DNA of 63,860 bases, the filler included, from Octopus bimaculoides (Eukaryota): assembly GCF_001194135.2 (NCBI RefSeq). It is 6 parts of 6 records of this genome, joined end to end, with 100 filler letters (N's around TTAATTAATTAA, not from the genome) between each part and the next. Parts side by side here need not be neighbours in the genome. Positions count along the whole stretch, not along the records: positions 27,153 to 55,079 come from NC_068987.1; 5 more parts are not named here. One strand, written 5' to 3'. Below, one piece after another: positions 39,560 to 53,478 of this stretch. Within the stretch, counting starts at the first letter, position 1. The number at the start of each line of letters is the position of its first letter. The notes under the pieces were generated by a model, which searched no databases, was not told the DNA's origin, and was given only the letters and a program-made list of their open reading frames with translations. A program made the translations under genes and the position numbers.

Positions 39560-41631
39560 GACTGCAACCCAATATTAACTAAAAGTATTGATAAGTATTG
39601 AGCAAACTACTCAGATAATCTATCACCATGGAGATATGCTTGCATATTTGTTTCAAGCTTCAGTGCTTTTATACAGTGCCAGCTTTTGTTCCCATTGGAA
39701 TAACTGGAATGGTTTGTCTAAAATCATCAGATAGAACAACTGTCACACCTTCTGTTGGAGAAACATTATTTTGAATATCTCACAATGACCTGTCAACAGC
39801 TTCAAAGGCTCTCTTATGTGCCATTGTACATTCATCTCATATTATCATTTGGTATTTTCTGAGAATTTCAGCTATTTCTGAATTCTTGCTGATATTGCAC
39901 ACAGGACTTTCATTAGACTACATATCCAATGGAAGTTTGAAAATTGAATAGGCTGAACAGCCTCCAGGTAGAAGGGTTGCAGCAATGCCTGATGATTCAA
40001 CTGCAGTGGCAATTTTTCTTTGCTGTCTAACATTTACCAAAAGTAGTTTTATAATAAATGTCTTTCCATTTCCTCCTGGTGCATCTAGAAAGAATATTCT
40101 ACCCTTCTCATGTCTAATGTTGTCAACTGCTTTGTACGCTTTTCTTTGATTTTCATAATTTTCTTTCACATATTTTGCCAACTCATCAATATTGTAGTTT
40201 GTTTCTGTGAGTCTGTTTTCATTGCCACGAGTAATTTTAGGGAGTCCGTAAGTCTGAAATACTTTTCCTCCAATAGCAAGGAGTTTGTCTTCTATGTTGA
40301 TCAATGCACTATTGTACATCTCATTATAACCCAAAGCAATATCAGGAAATTTCTGTTGTAGTTGATGCATATAATCTTCAGACAGTTCATCTTTATACTT
40401 TACCTATAAGCCATTTCAATCACCATTTTCACAGTTTTGTAATATAATTGCAAACAGGGAGCAAAAACTATTTGCAATATGTGATACAGAAGCACTCAGA
40501 AAGTGCCTTGCCCCATTGAGTCATCTTCCAGTAATCCAAACTTCTCCATTCACATAAATTAAAGGGTATTGGGGAACATCATAAAAGCAATGTGTTTCGT
40601 TTATTTTCTGTAATTGATTATCTCTCCCATGAAGGATTATGTCATGCTTACCATGCTTTTCTCCAGATATTACAATAGCAATTTCATTACATTCAGGTGC
40701 ATTATAGCAGCATGAATGCTCTCCTGATAGTATCTTGTCAGCATTTATCACTACTTTGAGTTCTTCTACAGGTGCATTTTCTTAGGCATATTTGAAACTT
40801 CTCTAGCTGTTTCTTGTATGTAACATATCTTGTAATTGTAATAGGATTTAGTGCTTGGATTTTCATATCACAAATGAAATACAATTATAAATATTTTGGT
40901 TCTTCTTCTGAAAGTGGCTGAAGTGGCCCAATTCAATGGTACACTTGTCCTAGGATCTTGAAAGTGGGTATAAAGCCACCTTCATGGATGACATTTGCAC
41001 CAAATGATGTCATTTGGAATACATTATTGTACTTCTATATATTTTGAAGTAAATGTCCTGATTCAGTAGTTGCAGTTCCCTCAAGGGTTCTGATAGTTCA
41101 GTTAATAGCTTCAACTTAATCTTTCCATTTGAACGGCACAATCCAAGTGATTCACCTTTCCATTTTAGCACCACAGTTTTGACAAATCTTGTTCATTGAA
41201 AATATTTGTATTAAAGGTTCTGAGGCATAGTCTTGACGTGGATAGTAACTAAAAGCAGCAAAGTTCCACTTGGAAAAGTTTTTAAATCATAAACTTTTGG
41301 TTCTTGCTCTCTGTTCAGATAGCTTTTGAGTTGTTTGAGCTTCAGTTTCATCATACCGATTGTAAGCTGCTCTATTTCTCTCCATTTGGTATCTTGATGA
41401 TTTTCATACAGTTGTTTCCTTTTGGCGAAAAGTTGCTTTCATTGTCCTATCATCAGTAAGTCTTTTTCATCTTTGTTCTTCTGAATCATTTTCCCTATAT
41501 CCTACTGTTCTTTACCTTTGTTTCTGGAGTCTCTCTTGTTGCTGCTCTTCACTTTCATTTTCCCTTTTTAGCTGCATTGCCCTAGCTTTATGAGACTTTC
41601 TTCCAAATGAAGGTCTATTCTTTGGTGGCAT
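39560..41631 (-). mobile_element. Helitron RepHel remnant, internally deleted
   Basis: From ATG 41631: CQNCGAKM..GLCRSNGKIKL, YNNVFQMTSFGA, FKILGQVYH, YNAPECNEIA, YDVPQYPL; then PIF1 helicase FFLDAPGGNGKTF, SSGIAATLL, DECTMAH, DFRQTIPV. Multiple stops. Confidence 0.92.
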
Positions 41632-42499
41632 TTTTTGCTTGCAGTTTCCAATGTCACTATTTACAAATTCAAAATTCTTCTATACAAAACTTCACAAAAT
41701 GAAAATAATATTACTTCAAATTGTAGCACATGTAATATGAATATATGTAGAGAAACAATGATATCATTTGGCTGCTAGCTACAGCAGTGTGAAAATATAG
41801 GTGGGACATTAGTGATTGTTATGTTAGAATTAGTTTTCGAAAATAAAAATGATAATGTTTATTTTCATAATGATATTTATATATATATATATATATATAA
41901 GGAAAATAAGACAAGGTAGAAAATGCTCAAATAATTTTATCATGAAATACATTTTGTACTGATTTCAGTCTTTTCGACTTTTTCAACTAAGAGTAAAACA
42001 GGAAAAGCAATTAAATCAAAGAAAACATTAAATGAAATCAATTGCAGCGTGGAAGGTGTTTATAAGCCATTTAAGAAACACACAAAAGCCATTAGATTCA
42101 TTTCAACATTTAAATTTAATTTGCCAAAATATTTTCGTCACTTTGAGACCACAACCTGTTCACTGACAAAATTCCATGCTGCATCTGCTAATGTAACAGT
42201 TAGTTCATGATATATATGTACGCGTGTGTGTGTGTACATGTATGTGCATATGCATGTGTACATGCGTATGCATGCCTATACGCATGTATGTATGTACGTG
42301 AGTATTTAGGTAAGTGTGTAGACGTGTCTGTGTGTGTGTGTGTACATGTGTATGTACATGTACTGATATGTGTCTGTACAAGTTATATACAAGACTGTTA
42401 CTTTGTTGAAGTTTGTATACATGCATATACATACATATTCATATACATATATATAGATACACACACGTGTGTGCGTTTGTCCCTCTCTCTCTCAGTGAC

Positions 42500-43390
42500 T
42501 TGTCTCAGCATTGCATCAGTGGAATGTGTGGATAAGATGTTTAACTTAAGTCTCCCTAAGGAGCCTTTGTGGTAATCTACAGCATGCTGATAGAAGATGG
42601 AGTTTGGTTTCTTTTCAATGTAGTTGTCTAGGGGCTTTTTGAACCTATCATTGATACTCCTAGCAGTCTCACCAACGTATGACTGGGTTAGTCGTGCAAG
42701 CTCCTTCTTGGCACTTAATCTGGTATACAGTGCTCTTGGTTTTGCAGTTCACATGTGGGTTTGTAGAACATACTGCACAATTATTTTGATACGTGATTCT
42801 ATCAAATGGATATGATCTACATAATACAGATTTGATAGTCCTACCAGTCTTTTCTACAACTTTGATCTTAAGGCCAGTTGTGCGCAGGATTTTCTTGAAT
42901 GCTTACTTAGTTCGTTCTTAGGTGTGGCGTCAACAAACATTACACTGTGAAATTTCTTATCATACCAAGTATTGTTTTTATTTCTTTTGTTGGTGTCCCT
43001 CTCTAACCTATTCCAGAACTTGTTGTGGTATAGGGGGCATATACCGTTTTCATCATCTCTTAGAATGCGTTCGAATCTTGTTTTTGCTCCTTTGTACACT
43101 CTGATTTGTGTATCCAGAACATTGCATTCGGAATATATAGTGCTGGATGTGTTGTTGTCGTTCTTGTGGTTGGCATAGTAGGGATACACTCCTCATTACT
43201 CTAACTAAGTCTGCCACGAGGATGTTGATCTTTGTAGTACTTGACATCGCTGAGTCACTACGGATTACCAGTGGATTAAATGAAATGTTTTTCAAATATT
43301 TCCATAGTCTTCAAATAGGTAGGACTTCCACTTTTTCTGCCTCTCGCTCTTTTCCTTTGTGAAAGCTCGGTAGATAGTAGCAGATCTGGA
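42500..43390 (-). mobile_element. Penelope-like element 1 (RT thumb + GIY-YIG), 5'-truncated
   Basis: ILVADLVRVMRSV..RMQCSGY; SVMFVDATP; VYQIKC..YVGETARSINDRFK. Confidence 0.8.
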
Positions 43391-43699
43391 AAAATAGTGT
43401 TTATGGGTGCAAAAAAGTGTTGGTTCTGAAGTATGGTGATTTTAAACAGCCAAGGAAGGAGATGGAGAAGAAGGAAAAGAAGAGAAAGAAAAAGAGGTAG
43501 AGGAAGGAGTAGGAAAAGAAGAGGGAGAAGAAGAAAGAAAGAAAAGAAAAAAACAGGAGTGGTATGACAGTAATAGAGGCTGTTTGTGGAATCATCTTTA
43601 ATGGTCAAGTGACCTGTTGTGGTTGTAGCAGTAGTGATAGGAACTGTTCTTAATATATCTATTGTTTTTAATATTTGCATGGGTGTTATTCTAAGATCC

Positions 43700-45420
43700 T
43701 TGTAGTAGTGTTATCTATGGTGGAAGCATTCAAAAGAGGCTTATATTTTGCGATAAAATTTGATTCTTGCTAATGCATTGATTATAGGTTGCATTGTCCC
43801 TGAATTTATCGAGGGGAAAAATTCTAAAGTTGGGTTATTCATTAGTGGCGCAAATATGTTGACTTAATGCTATTTTTTTGTATTCCCATATTTTAATCTG
43901 GGATCTATGTATGGTCATCCTCTGACATAGACTGTTTTTAGTTTGACCAATGTATTGCTCTCAACACATATATTCATCATCATCATCATCATCATCATCG
44001 TTTAACGTCCGCTTTCCATGCTAGCATGGGTTGGACGATTTGACTGAGGACTGGTGAAACCGGATGGCAACACCAGGCTCCAGTCTGATTTGGCAATTGT
44101 TTTCACTGTAAAATGTTGACCTTTTTGAAGGAGAACTCCGATCCCTCAATTAGGTTGACGCATATACCACAATTAGGTCTTCTGCATTTTTTTACTGTCA
44201 GTTTCAGTGTTGTTGACGAGTGTACTTGGGCTTGTGTTAGAAGACTTTTCATTGACTTGGGTTGTCTTTTGCTCTATATGATGGTGTGCGTTAGGAGGAT
44301 TTGATTCGTTCTATGGGTCCCTTTTAGTAAAAGAATGTTCTAGAGGATAGTGTTGAAGGCCTTATTGTTTAGGGGGTTGTGTGTGGATATGTATGGTAGG
44401 GTTTTTGGTTGTAAATGCTTCTTTAGTTTGGGATGTCTGAGTTCGTGGATGTTAAGTTTTTGGGCATGTTAAAAACCTATGTCAATTAGTGATGGTAGGT
44501 AATTCCTGCTGATGAGTTGCCAGTGCCCCTGGACTGGCTCTTGTGCGGGTGGCACATAAAAGACACCATTTCGAGCGTGGCCATTTTCGTGCGGGTGACA
44601 CGTAAAAGCACCCACTACACTCTCTGAGTGGTTGGCGTTAGGAAGGGCATCCAGCTGTAGAAACTCTGCCAAATTGGATTGGAGCCTGGTGTTGCCATCC
44701 GGTTTCACCAGTCCTCAGTCAAATCGTCCAACCCATGCTAGCATGGAAAGCGGACGTTAAACGACGACGACGGACGTTAAACGACGACGACGGACGTTAA
44801 ACGACGAGTGTATCTTTTAGTTCATGTAGTCATGTGTCCTTGGTGCTTGTATCAGATACTATAGTTTTAGCGAGGTTGAAGGAGATATTCATTCTAGTGT
44901 GTCCGGGGTGGCATGAGTTAAATGGTATACATTGTTTGGAGTCCATGGGCTTATAGTATATGTCTCTTTCTATTTTGCTGTTGGATTTCTTAATGAGGAT
45001 GTTGAGGAATGGAAGTTGTTGATGGTTATATTCCATCATAAATTGAATGTTTATGTCAAGTTCATTTAGAAGTGCTTCAAATTTTTTAAGTCTCTCTATA
45101 CTTTCATGCCAAAGAATGAAGCAGTCATTTAGATATCTCTTCCAGTTATTTTCTATGTACAGGGAGAATGGGTTTTCATATTTTTCTAGTACCTTAAGAT
45201 AAAGAATGAGTTCTAGGTACCCCATGACTAGGTTAGCAAAGGAGGGGGGACATTCTCATACCCATCACAGTTGTCGATTTCTGTTGATAGAAGTTGTCAT
45301 TGAATACAAAGAAGTTATTCTCTAAGATGAATTTTAGCCCTTTCATTACGAATTCTTTTTTGATGTGATGTGGCAGTTCATTGGTGTAATTCTCTAACCA
45401 GAATTGGATTGCCTCCATTC
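43700..45420 (-). mobile_element. Penelope-like element 2 (RT + GIY-YIG remnant), interrupted by two SINEs
   Basis: WKRYLNDCFILW, IQFMME, LPFLNILI, DIYYKPMDS..FNSCHP. The frame resumes after the SINE as LISRNYLPSLIDIGF. Confidence 0.88.
44518..44802 (+). mobile_element. RTE-tail SINE inserted in PLE2
   Basis: Ends catgctagcatggaaagcggacgttaaacgacgac with a triplicated tail. TSD-like gatgagt/gacgagt. Other copies at 43976-44095 (-), 53480-53715 (+) and 61430-61570 (-). Confidence 0.8.
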
Positions 45421-45519
45421 CTAAGCTAAGCGGGATGTTAGAATAGAGATTGACTACATCGAAGAATACTAGTAGGCTTTTTTTTTATTTATATATGTGT
45501 GACTATGCTACTATGCATG

Positions 45520-45553
<34 letters not shown>

Positions 45554-45882
45554 AATATGTGTGTGTGTATATATATATATATACATATATATATATGAGT
45601 ATGTATGTGTGGAGATATATATATATATGCATGTATATATCTATGTAAGTATGTGGATGTATATGTGTGTATATATGTATGTATATGCATATATACCCAC
45701 CTACCTGTGTATAAGTATCTAATGAGTGCGTATACGTGTACATATGTGTGTATGTGTATGTAGGAATGTAGACGCATGTGTGTGGGTGTATGTATATATG
45801 TGTATGCATATATATATATATATATATATATATAGATAATAATAATAAATGGAGCAAAACGCATGTCAATAAAAGTTCCTTT

Positions 45883-45974
45883 AATTCCTACACATGTTTC
45901 AAAATAAATGAGAGCTCTTTCACAAAGAAGAAAGAGCTGTTGGGGTTCCTCATATATTTCTCTTCAGGGAGTTC
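45883..45974 (-). ncRNA. Decayed type I hammerhead with long stem II, at a PLE 3' end
   Basis: Minus strand: gaactcc-CTGAAGA-GAAATA..ATGAG..AGCTCTTTC/GAAAGAGCT..CTCAT..TATTTT-GAA-ACATGT-G-taggaatt. Position 17 is G, so probably inactive. Confidence 0.55.
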
Positions 45975-46530
45975 ATAATAAAACATATAATAGCAAGACA
46001 AAAACGAAATGATGAGGTAACTTACGAGCAGAGATGTTACATGGTCAGTGACCGTTAGAACGCTTGTTTACATAGAGATATAAAGGGAGGGGGTTGTAAA
46101 CGTGATGCTAAAGGTTAAACTCAGAGAGTTATTTGTCGTTCTGTTAAATTTGAAAGTGCTAATTGTTGAGTCAAAAAGGAGGAAGGGAGGGAACTAAGGT
46201 AGTACATCATATAAGGGAAACTAATAACATAACATATTTATATGTAGCGAAGAAAGTGAATAAAAATAAAAATAAATGAAACATCGTAGTCTAGTGAAGG
46301 TTTGTATATGTGTGTGCGTGCGGGCACATACATGTTTACAAATATGTGTGCACACGCACACACAAATATATATATATATATATACATATGTATACATACA
46401 CATATACACACATACACCCACACACATACACACACACACACACACACACAAACCTTCACATATACATATGCACACACACGCACACCTATACATACATATG
46501 TATACATGTATATACATACACACATATACA

Positions 46531-46586
<56 letters not shown>

Positions 46587-47116
46587 TATATACACACATA
46601 CATACATACACCCCCACCCCTACACACACTCAGACATACACACGTATGCATATATATATACATATACATACACATGTGTTTTGTTTAAGATTATAAAAAA
46701 TATTAAGATTGATAACATACAGATTTGAAGCGAAGAACATAAACATGATAAATGAAACACCATTACCCTGTTATATATTAATATACTTATGTTAGCGCTA
46801 ATCAATGTAAAAACGAAGTACAGGGTGTTTTGTTGAGAAATGATAATAATAATAACAATATACATACTAATAAGGAGAAGGTCAGATATAAGGCAAAGCA
46901 GCTAGTGATACAAAGTAGCCGAAGCAGTAATTACTAGGAAGGAAAATATTAATCAACTATAGAAGGGGAAAAGGCAAGTTGTGGTGGATGTAGAAGTAGA
47001 TATTATTCAGAGGACATTTAGTTAAAAAAAAAAAGGGCGGGGGTTAAAAAAAATTATAATATTGATAACTATAATAATAATAATGCTTAAAGCCTAACCT
47101 AGTAGGAATGATGGAG

Positions 47117-48480
47117 CTAACGGTAATAAAAGAAGGTATGTTTCTTGAAGTGCTGACAGCGGTATGCCCTCTGAGTTATTTGGTTAACTAGGCGATTCTT
47201 GGAGAACAGGATATAAAAAAGCTCCAAGTTACAAAGAGGGCAGAATTCCCTACCCTTGTCATAGGGAACTGAGGTGGCCAGTATGGACCATTCCAAAGAG
47301 AATTGCTTATTGCAATCCTTCAGTTCCCAAATAAATTTACTTAGGCCGGTAGTGCTAGCTTTATTTCTATCCCTAAACGACGAATAATGATTCGAGATTC
47401 TCTTGGATACCTGTGTCGATGAACTATCTACGTAATATGAGACATCAGCGTTAGATGTTACCTTGCATTGATACACTACATTTTTGGTCCTTGAATTCGC
47501 ACTAAAAAACCTGATTCTATTAGGATTTAATTCCGAGATGTTAATCTTATTGCTAATCTTACTAATGTTACAGATATTTTTATGATTCACAATATTGGAC
47601 ATACTACCTATACTAATATCTGAATGACTAATGCCATTATTTGTGTGCGTTAAATTGTTGGAGTAATTATTATTGTTACAGGTATGAACATTACTAATAT
47701 TACTATTATATCTAGGATGGCCGTCTAGAGAAGAATCCAAAAACCTGAGATTATGGGAAGATATAATCTGTAACAAATTTTTAGTGTTCGAAAACCCAAA
47801 TCTAACCTTATGCGAGTTGATAATTGGGTAATAGTGGGAACCTTTAGGGAAGTTCCTACTCACCGTGTCTTGGAACTGCCGGACCAAATCTGATTTAACC
47901 TGCTTCCCAAACGGGAGATATTCTTATTATTATCAACAGATATTCTTATTATTATCAACAGATCTAGATGCAGTATTAGAGTGGTTAAATAAGCAAGGAT
48001 TTTTGAATTTATTAAAGTATTTAGGGCCAGTTGGGACACCTCTCTTATGTGAGTTAAGAGGATGACCCACTTTCTCAGTAAATTGAGAAGAATGGGAAAG
48101 AATAGAAATGGGTTCATCTACGCTAGTAAAGGGGGTATCATGTTGTGTAGAAGGAGAAAGATCACTAGAAGAGTTGATGTACCCTACCTTTTCTTTATAG
48201 CCAGCCCTTAATAAGGCTGAATTATAGAAGTCAGCCTCCTTATTGAAAATTTGGGAGTTAGAAGAAAGTTTGGAAAGCCTAATTGAGATATTCCTAACCA
48301 AATTACTGGTTATATGTCTTGGATGGTTACTAAAGGGGCTTATGTACTTGAGATTAGTTGAGGGTTTATGGAATGGGAAATGAGTATTACTATGTAAGTC
48401 TAAGGTAACGTCCAGAAAGTTTGCTACAGAGACCTCATCCTCAAAAACAATGCCAAATTTTGGATTTTGTCCCTAATATT
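47117..48480 (-). mobile_element. Penelope-like element 3 (RT C-terminus + GIY-YIG)
   Basis: SNHPRHITSNLVRNISIRLSKLSSN..ALLRAGY; NVVYQCKV..YYVDSSS..KRISNHYSSF..LSKFIWELKD..WSIL..CPLCNLE. The ORF ends at stop 47117. Confidence 0.88.
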
Positions 48481-48699
48481 ATNNNNNNNNNNAAATCCAA
48501 AATTACAGGTAAAAAATAATTAAAATCAATTTATAAAAAATTAAAACTATATATTTATATATATATATATACATTTGGTGATTGTCTACTCCTTATGCAG
48601 AGTTTGACCACCTCCTGTACCTACACCTTAGAACCATCATGGCATCTGATGTGGCTTTTTAAACCAGATAGTGTTTAGAAAAGTATGTATACACTACCT

Positions 48700-51123
48700 C
48701 ATCGATGAAATACAGAGACCTTCTCTTTGTGGCTGGCGACTTCAATGGGCATGTTGGACAACATGCAGGGGGCTTCCATGGTGTACATGGAGGCTATAGC
48801 TTTGGTTCCCGCAATGAGGAGAGAACCAGGCTACTGAATTTCTGCGATGCAAATGATCTTATGGTTTGGAATACTAACTTCAGGAAACCTGCCAGTCACC
48901 TATTCACCTTCCGATCTGGTGGTCACACTAATCAAATTGATTACATCCTTGTCTGGAAATGGGAAAGATGGCTACTTATGAATGCCAAAACCTTCCCAGG
49001 TGAAGAATGCAACGTAGATTAGTAGTTAGCCACTTCATAATCAGAGAGAAAGCATGATGGTAACGTGGTGGTGGAACAATGTAGTTGACAGGGTCATTAG
49101 GGGAAAGAAACAAGCATGGAAGGACTGGAAGAACAGTGGTAGCAGGAAATTGTCTCTGATTGCCTGAAGGGAAGCTAGGAGACAGGTTTACTTAGCCAGA
49201 GGGGAAACAGATAAGAAAAAATTTGCCAATGTTCTGCATAGTGAGGACCAAAGGCTTGAAGTGTTTCATGTTTTAAGACAGTGTGTGAGAGAGTATCATG
49301 ATGTCATAGGAGAGAAATGTGTCCACATGGATGATTGCTCACTTGCATTTAATGAGGCTGCAAAGAGACAGACTTGGAGACGCTACTATGAAAGGTTGCT
49401 AAATGAAGAGAATGAATAGGAGAAAGAGAGTCTGCTGAATGTCAATCCAACAGAGGGACCAGCTGTCCAAATTAACAGTACCTTGGTAGATAAAGCAATT
49501 AAGAGTATGAAGACACGGAAACGTCCTGGCCCATCAGGAATCCCCGCAGAGATGGTTAAGATATTTGGCAGTGTCGGTTATAGTCTAGCCACCTGTATAG
49601 TCAATCAGGTGGTACATGAAGGAGTCATACCCAATGACTGGTGTAGCAGCACCATAGTCAACTGCTACAAAGGTAAAGGTGATGCATTAGATACGAATAA
49701 TTACAGAGGTGTCAAGTTGTTGGATCAGGTAATGAAAGTCATGGAGAGGGTCATAGCCCAACTAATTAGGGAGTGAATCAATTTAGATGAGATGCAGTTT
49801 GAGTTTGTGCCAAGGAAAAGCACCACTGATGCTATATTTCTGGTAAGACAGCTGCAGGAGAAATAAATAACCAAAGATAAACCTCTGTACTTGACTTTCG
49901 TTGACATGGAAAAAACCTTTAACAGGCCTCCCGCTCCCTTATCTGGTGGTCAATACGGAAATTAGGGATACATGAATGGCTACTGAGAGTTGTACAAGCC
50001 ATGTACAGAGATGCTGTCAGTAAGGTGAGGGTTAGCAACAAGTACAGTGAAGAATTCTTGGTAGGGGTAGGGGTCCACCAAGGATCAGTCCTCAGCCCCC
50101 TCTTATTCTTCATAGTCGTCCAAGCAATAACAAAGGAATTCAAGACAGGATGCCCCTGGAAGCTTCTCTATGCTAATGACCTCCCTTGTTCTAATAGCTG
50201 AGTCACAATTAGAACTAGAGGGAAAGTTTCAGGTGTGAAACCAAGGTCTAGAATTGAAGGGCCTTAGAGTCAATCTAGCGAAAACCAAAGTCTTAATAAG
50301 TAGGAAGGCAGACAAACCACAAATCGCTTCAGGTAGATGGCCCTGCTCGATCTGTAGAAAAGGTGTAGATAGGAACTCCATATGATGTACCCGGTGTAAG
50401 CTATGGACACATAAGAGGTGCAGCAATATGAACGGCTAACTAGGAAGATAGTTTTTGTGTGTGGTAAATGCTCAGGGACAATAAACACTGAAAATTTGTA
50501 GAAAACAGCTTCTATCACTTTCCAGGGGAAAAAACTGCAAGTAGTTGATAGCTTCTGTTACCTAGGTGACCAAGTCAGTAGCTGGGGTGGATGCTCTGAG
50601 AGTGTAGCTGCTAGAATAAGAATAGCCTGGGCAAAGTTCAGAGAACTCCTACTTCTGCTGGTGACAAAGTGCCTCTCACTCAGAGTAAAAGGTAGACAGT
50701 ATGAGGCATGTGTGCAAACAGCCATGCTACATGGCAGTAACATGGGCTGTGACTGCTGAGGACATGTGTAAGCTTGCAAGGAATGAAGCTACTATGCTCC
50801 ACTGGATGTGTAATGTCAGTATGCATACTCGACAGAGTGTAAGTGCCTTGAGAGAAAAATTGGACCTAAGAAGCATCAGATGTGGTGTGCAAGAGAGACA
50901 ACTGTGCTGGTATGGTCATGTGTTGCTTATCGATGAGAACAGCTGTGTGAAAAAGTGTCACACCCTAACAGTTGAGGGAACCTGTGGAAGAGGTAGACCC
51001 AGGAAGACCTGGGATGAGGTGGTGAAGCACGACCTTCGAACGTTGGGCCTCACCAAGGCAATGACAAATGACGGAGACCTTTGGAGATACACTGTGCTTG
51101 AGAAGACCTGGCAAGCCAAGTGA
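48700..51123 (+). mobile_element. RTE-clade LINE (APE endonuclease + RT), decayed
   Basis: GDFNGHVG..NTNFRK..QIDYILV; YKGKGDALDTNNYRG; GVHQGSVLSPLLF; LLYANDL; GRGRPRKTW. Confidence 0.95.
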
Positions 51124-52775
51124 GACCATAACTGGCCTATGCCAGTGAAGCATAACCAGCCCCTACAATCATTGGGCAATAAACTGTACCTTACAATCAT
51201 TGGGCAATAAACTACAGTTGTGAAGACCTGTTGAGGCAAGTGAAGTCATTGTTGTGGCCGATAACAATACTGCCTGATTGGCTCCTGTGCTGGTGGCATG
51301 TAAAAAATCACAATTTGAGCATGGTCAATGCCAGTGCTACCTGACTGATCTCATGCAACAAAAATTTGTATGAAAATATTTGAGGAAAAATTTATCAGGA
51401 AAAAAATATACTGCAAAAAATTGGATTTAAGTATAATTAACTTTTGTATTTTAAAAACAAACTATATTTTAATTAAGCTTAAATGACAGAGCTCAATTTG
51501 AGGAATTTCATTGTATCAATCTCATGCAATGAAGTTTTAAAAGAAAAAAGTAATGAGTGTTTGTTTCTCAAATTTGAGGGTGATAATATAGTTCTATACT
51601 TTTTTATGAATATAGTTCTAGGGGACTTTTAATATATGTCACTGGCATCATTGAGGTAAGGAAAAAATTATAAATGCCACTGCTGGTTGACACATTTGAC
51701 ATACTATTTATTAGCATAATAGCATAGCTTAGAGAAAACAGGGATTACATGGAAAAATGGAGCACGAGTAATAATATTCTTAGGATTATAAACCTGGAAA
51801 AGTACAGAACAAGTTATTACACTTGGAAAAGTTCAAGAAAAGTTATTAGATCTGGTAAAGTACAGAACAAGAAAATTGTTACTTAAAATATTGCAGTGAA
51901 GGATAAAATTGGAATATTAAAAATTATTTGATTTTAATTTACAAAGTAACATTATAATTAAAAAAGGTACCATCTGTTGTATTCCTCTCAGTGGACTCGC
52001 AGAGAAAACACGAGTTGTACTATTTAGTTATCACATTTATTTATTAACTATAAACAAAGAACGCACTCACCAAATTGTTAGTTATCAAGAAACAAGAATG
52101 TTGTCCTCGCCATATATATCAATAACATTCAACCTCGACAGTCACACAAAATAACAACGAAACAGGGACTCCAGACGAACAACATTGAAATATGGGACTT
52201 CAGATGAACAACAAACAAATCTAACAGTCCATATAACACCATCATTTTGTTAAAATATTGACACACTAGAATACTTAAAAAAAGAGAATCAGAAGTACCA
52301 GTATAGCTAAAGTTTTATGCAAAGTAGAATAGTATATATGGTATATATTTTATTTCATCCCTTCACCTCTTCTCCTCGTTTTTGTTTACTTTAAGGAGAT
52401 CATAACAAATTGACGAACATATGCAAATTGAAATTAAATACAGACAAAAATATTAAAGGGAAAAGAATTAGCATTTTAATAATCGTAAATAATAATATAA
52501 TGTAAATTAAATATACACCATTTTATGAGAAACAAACATTAATGTTTATTAAGTAATGTTATAAAGTTTAATAAAGGGCTCAAATATATATATTTTTTGC
52601 ATATTTGTTATCTCCAACATCTAAAATGTAGGTATCTGATGAAATTGTTTAAAAAAAATGCATATTTCAAGGAGAGGTATGAAATTGCATTAACCTCATA
52701 TATGTGTGTGTGTGTATATATATGTATATACGTGTGTACATATATGTATATATATATATATGTGTATATATATAT

Positions 52776-53478
52776 GAGGCAAGTGAAATCGAAACCGAGT
52801 TAGATTGGACACTAAACTCCACTTGCGAAGACCTGTTGAGGCAAGNNNNNNNNNNNNNNNNNNNNNNNNNNNNNNNNNNNNNNNNNNNNNNNNNNNNNNN
52901 NNNNNNNNNNNNNNNNNNNNNNNNNNNNNNNNNNNNNNNNNNNNNNNNNNNNNNNNNNNNNNNNNNNNNNNNNNNNNNNNNNNNNNNNNNNNNNNNNNNN
53001 NNNNNNNNNNNNNNNNNNNNNNNNNNNNNNNNNNNNNNNNNNNNNNNNNNNNNNNNNNNNNNNNNNNNNNNNNNNNNNNNNNNNNNNNNNNNNNNNNNNN
53101 NNNNNNNNNNNNNNNNNNNNNNNNNNNNNNNNNNNNNNNNNNNNNNNNNNNNNNNNNNNNNNNNNNNNNNNNNNNNNNNNNNNNNNNNNNNNNNNNNNNN
53201 NNNNNNNNNNNNNNNNNNNNNNNNNNNNNNNNNNNNNNNNNNNNNNNTTCCTTCATTGGACACTAAACTCCACTTGCGAAGACCTGTTGAGGCAAGGTAA
53301 ATCGAAATCTAGTTAAATTTGACGTCTGGCACCCATGCCAACGTTGTCTCCCTCATTGGACACGAAACTCAGCTTGCGAAGACTTATTGGGGCAAGCGAA
53401 AGCGAAATTGTNNNNNNNNNNATTGGACACGAAACTCAGCTTGCGAAGACTTATTGGGGCAAGCGAAAGCGAAATTGT
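52776..53478. repeat. Tandem units attggacactaaactccacttgcgaagacctgttgaggcaag (RTE 3'-UTR-derived) spanning a gap
   Basis: Four visible copies on both sides of the 52846-53248 gap; homologous to sequence near 51220-51245. Confidence 0.8.

Noticed and set aside
41957-41990. Hammerhead-like AGTC-gaaaa-GACT-GAAA
   Set aside because: Core has two mismatches and no stem I.
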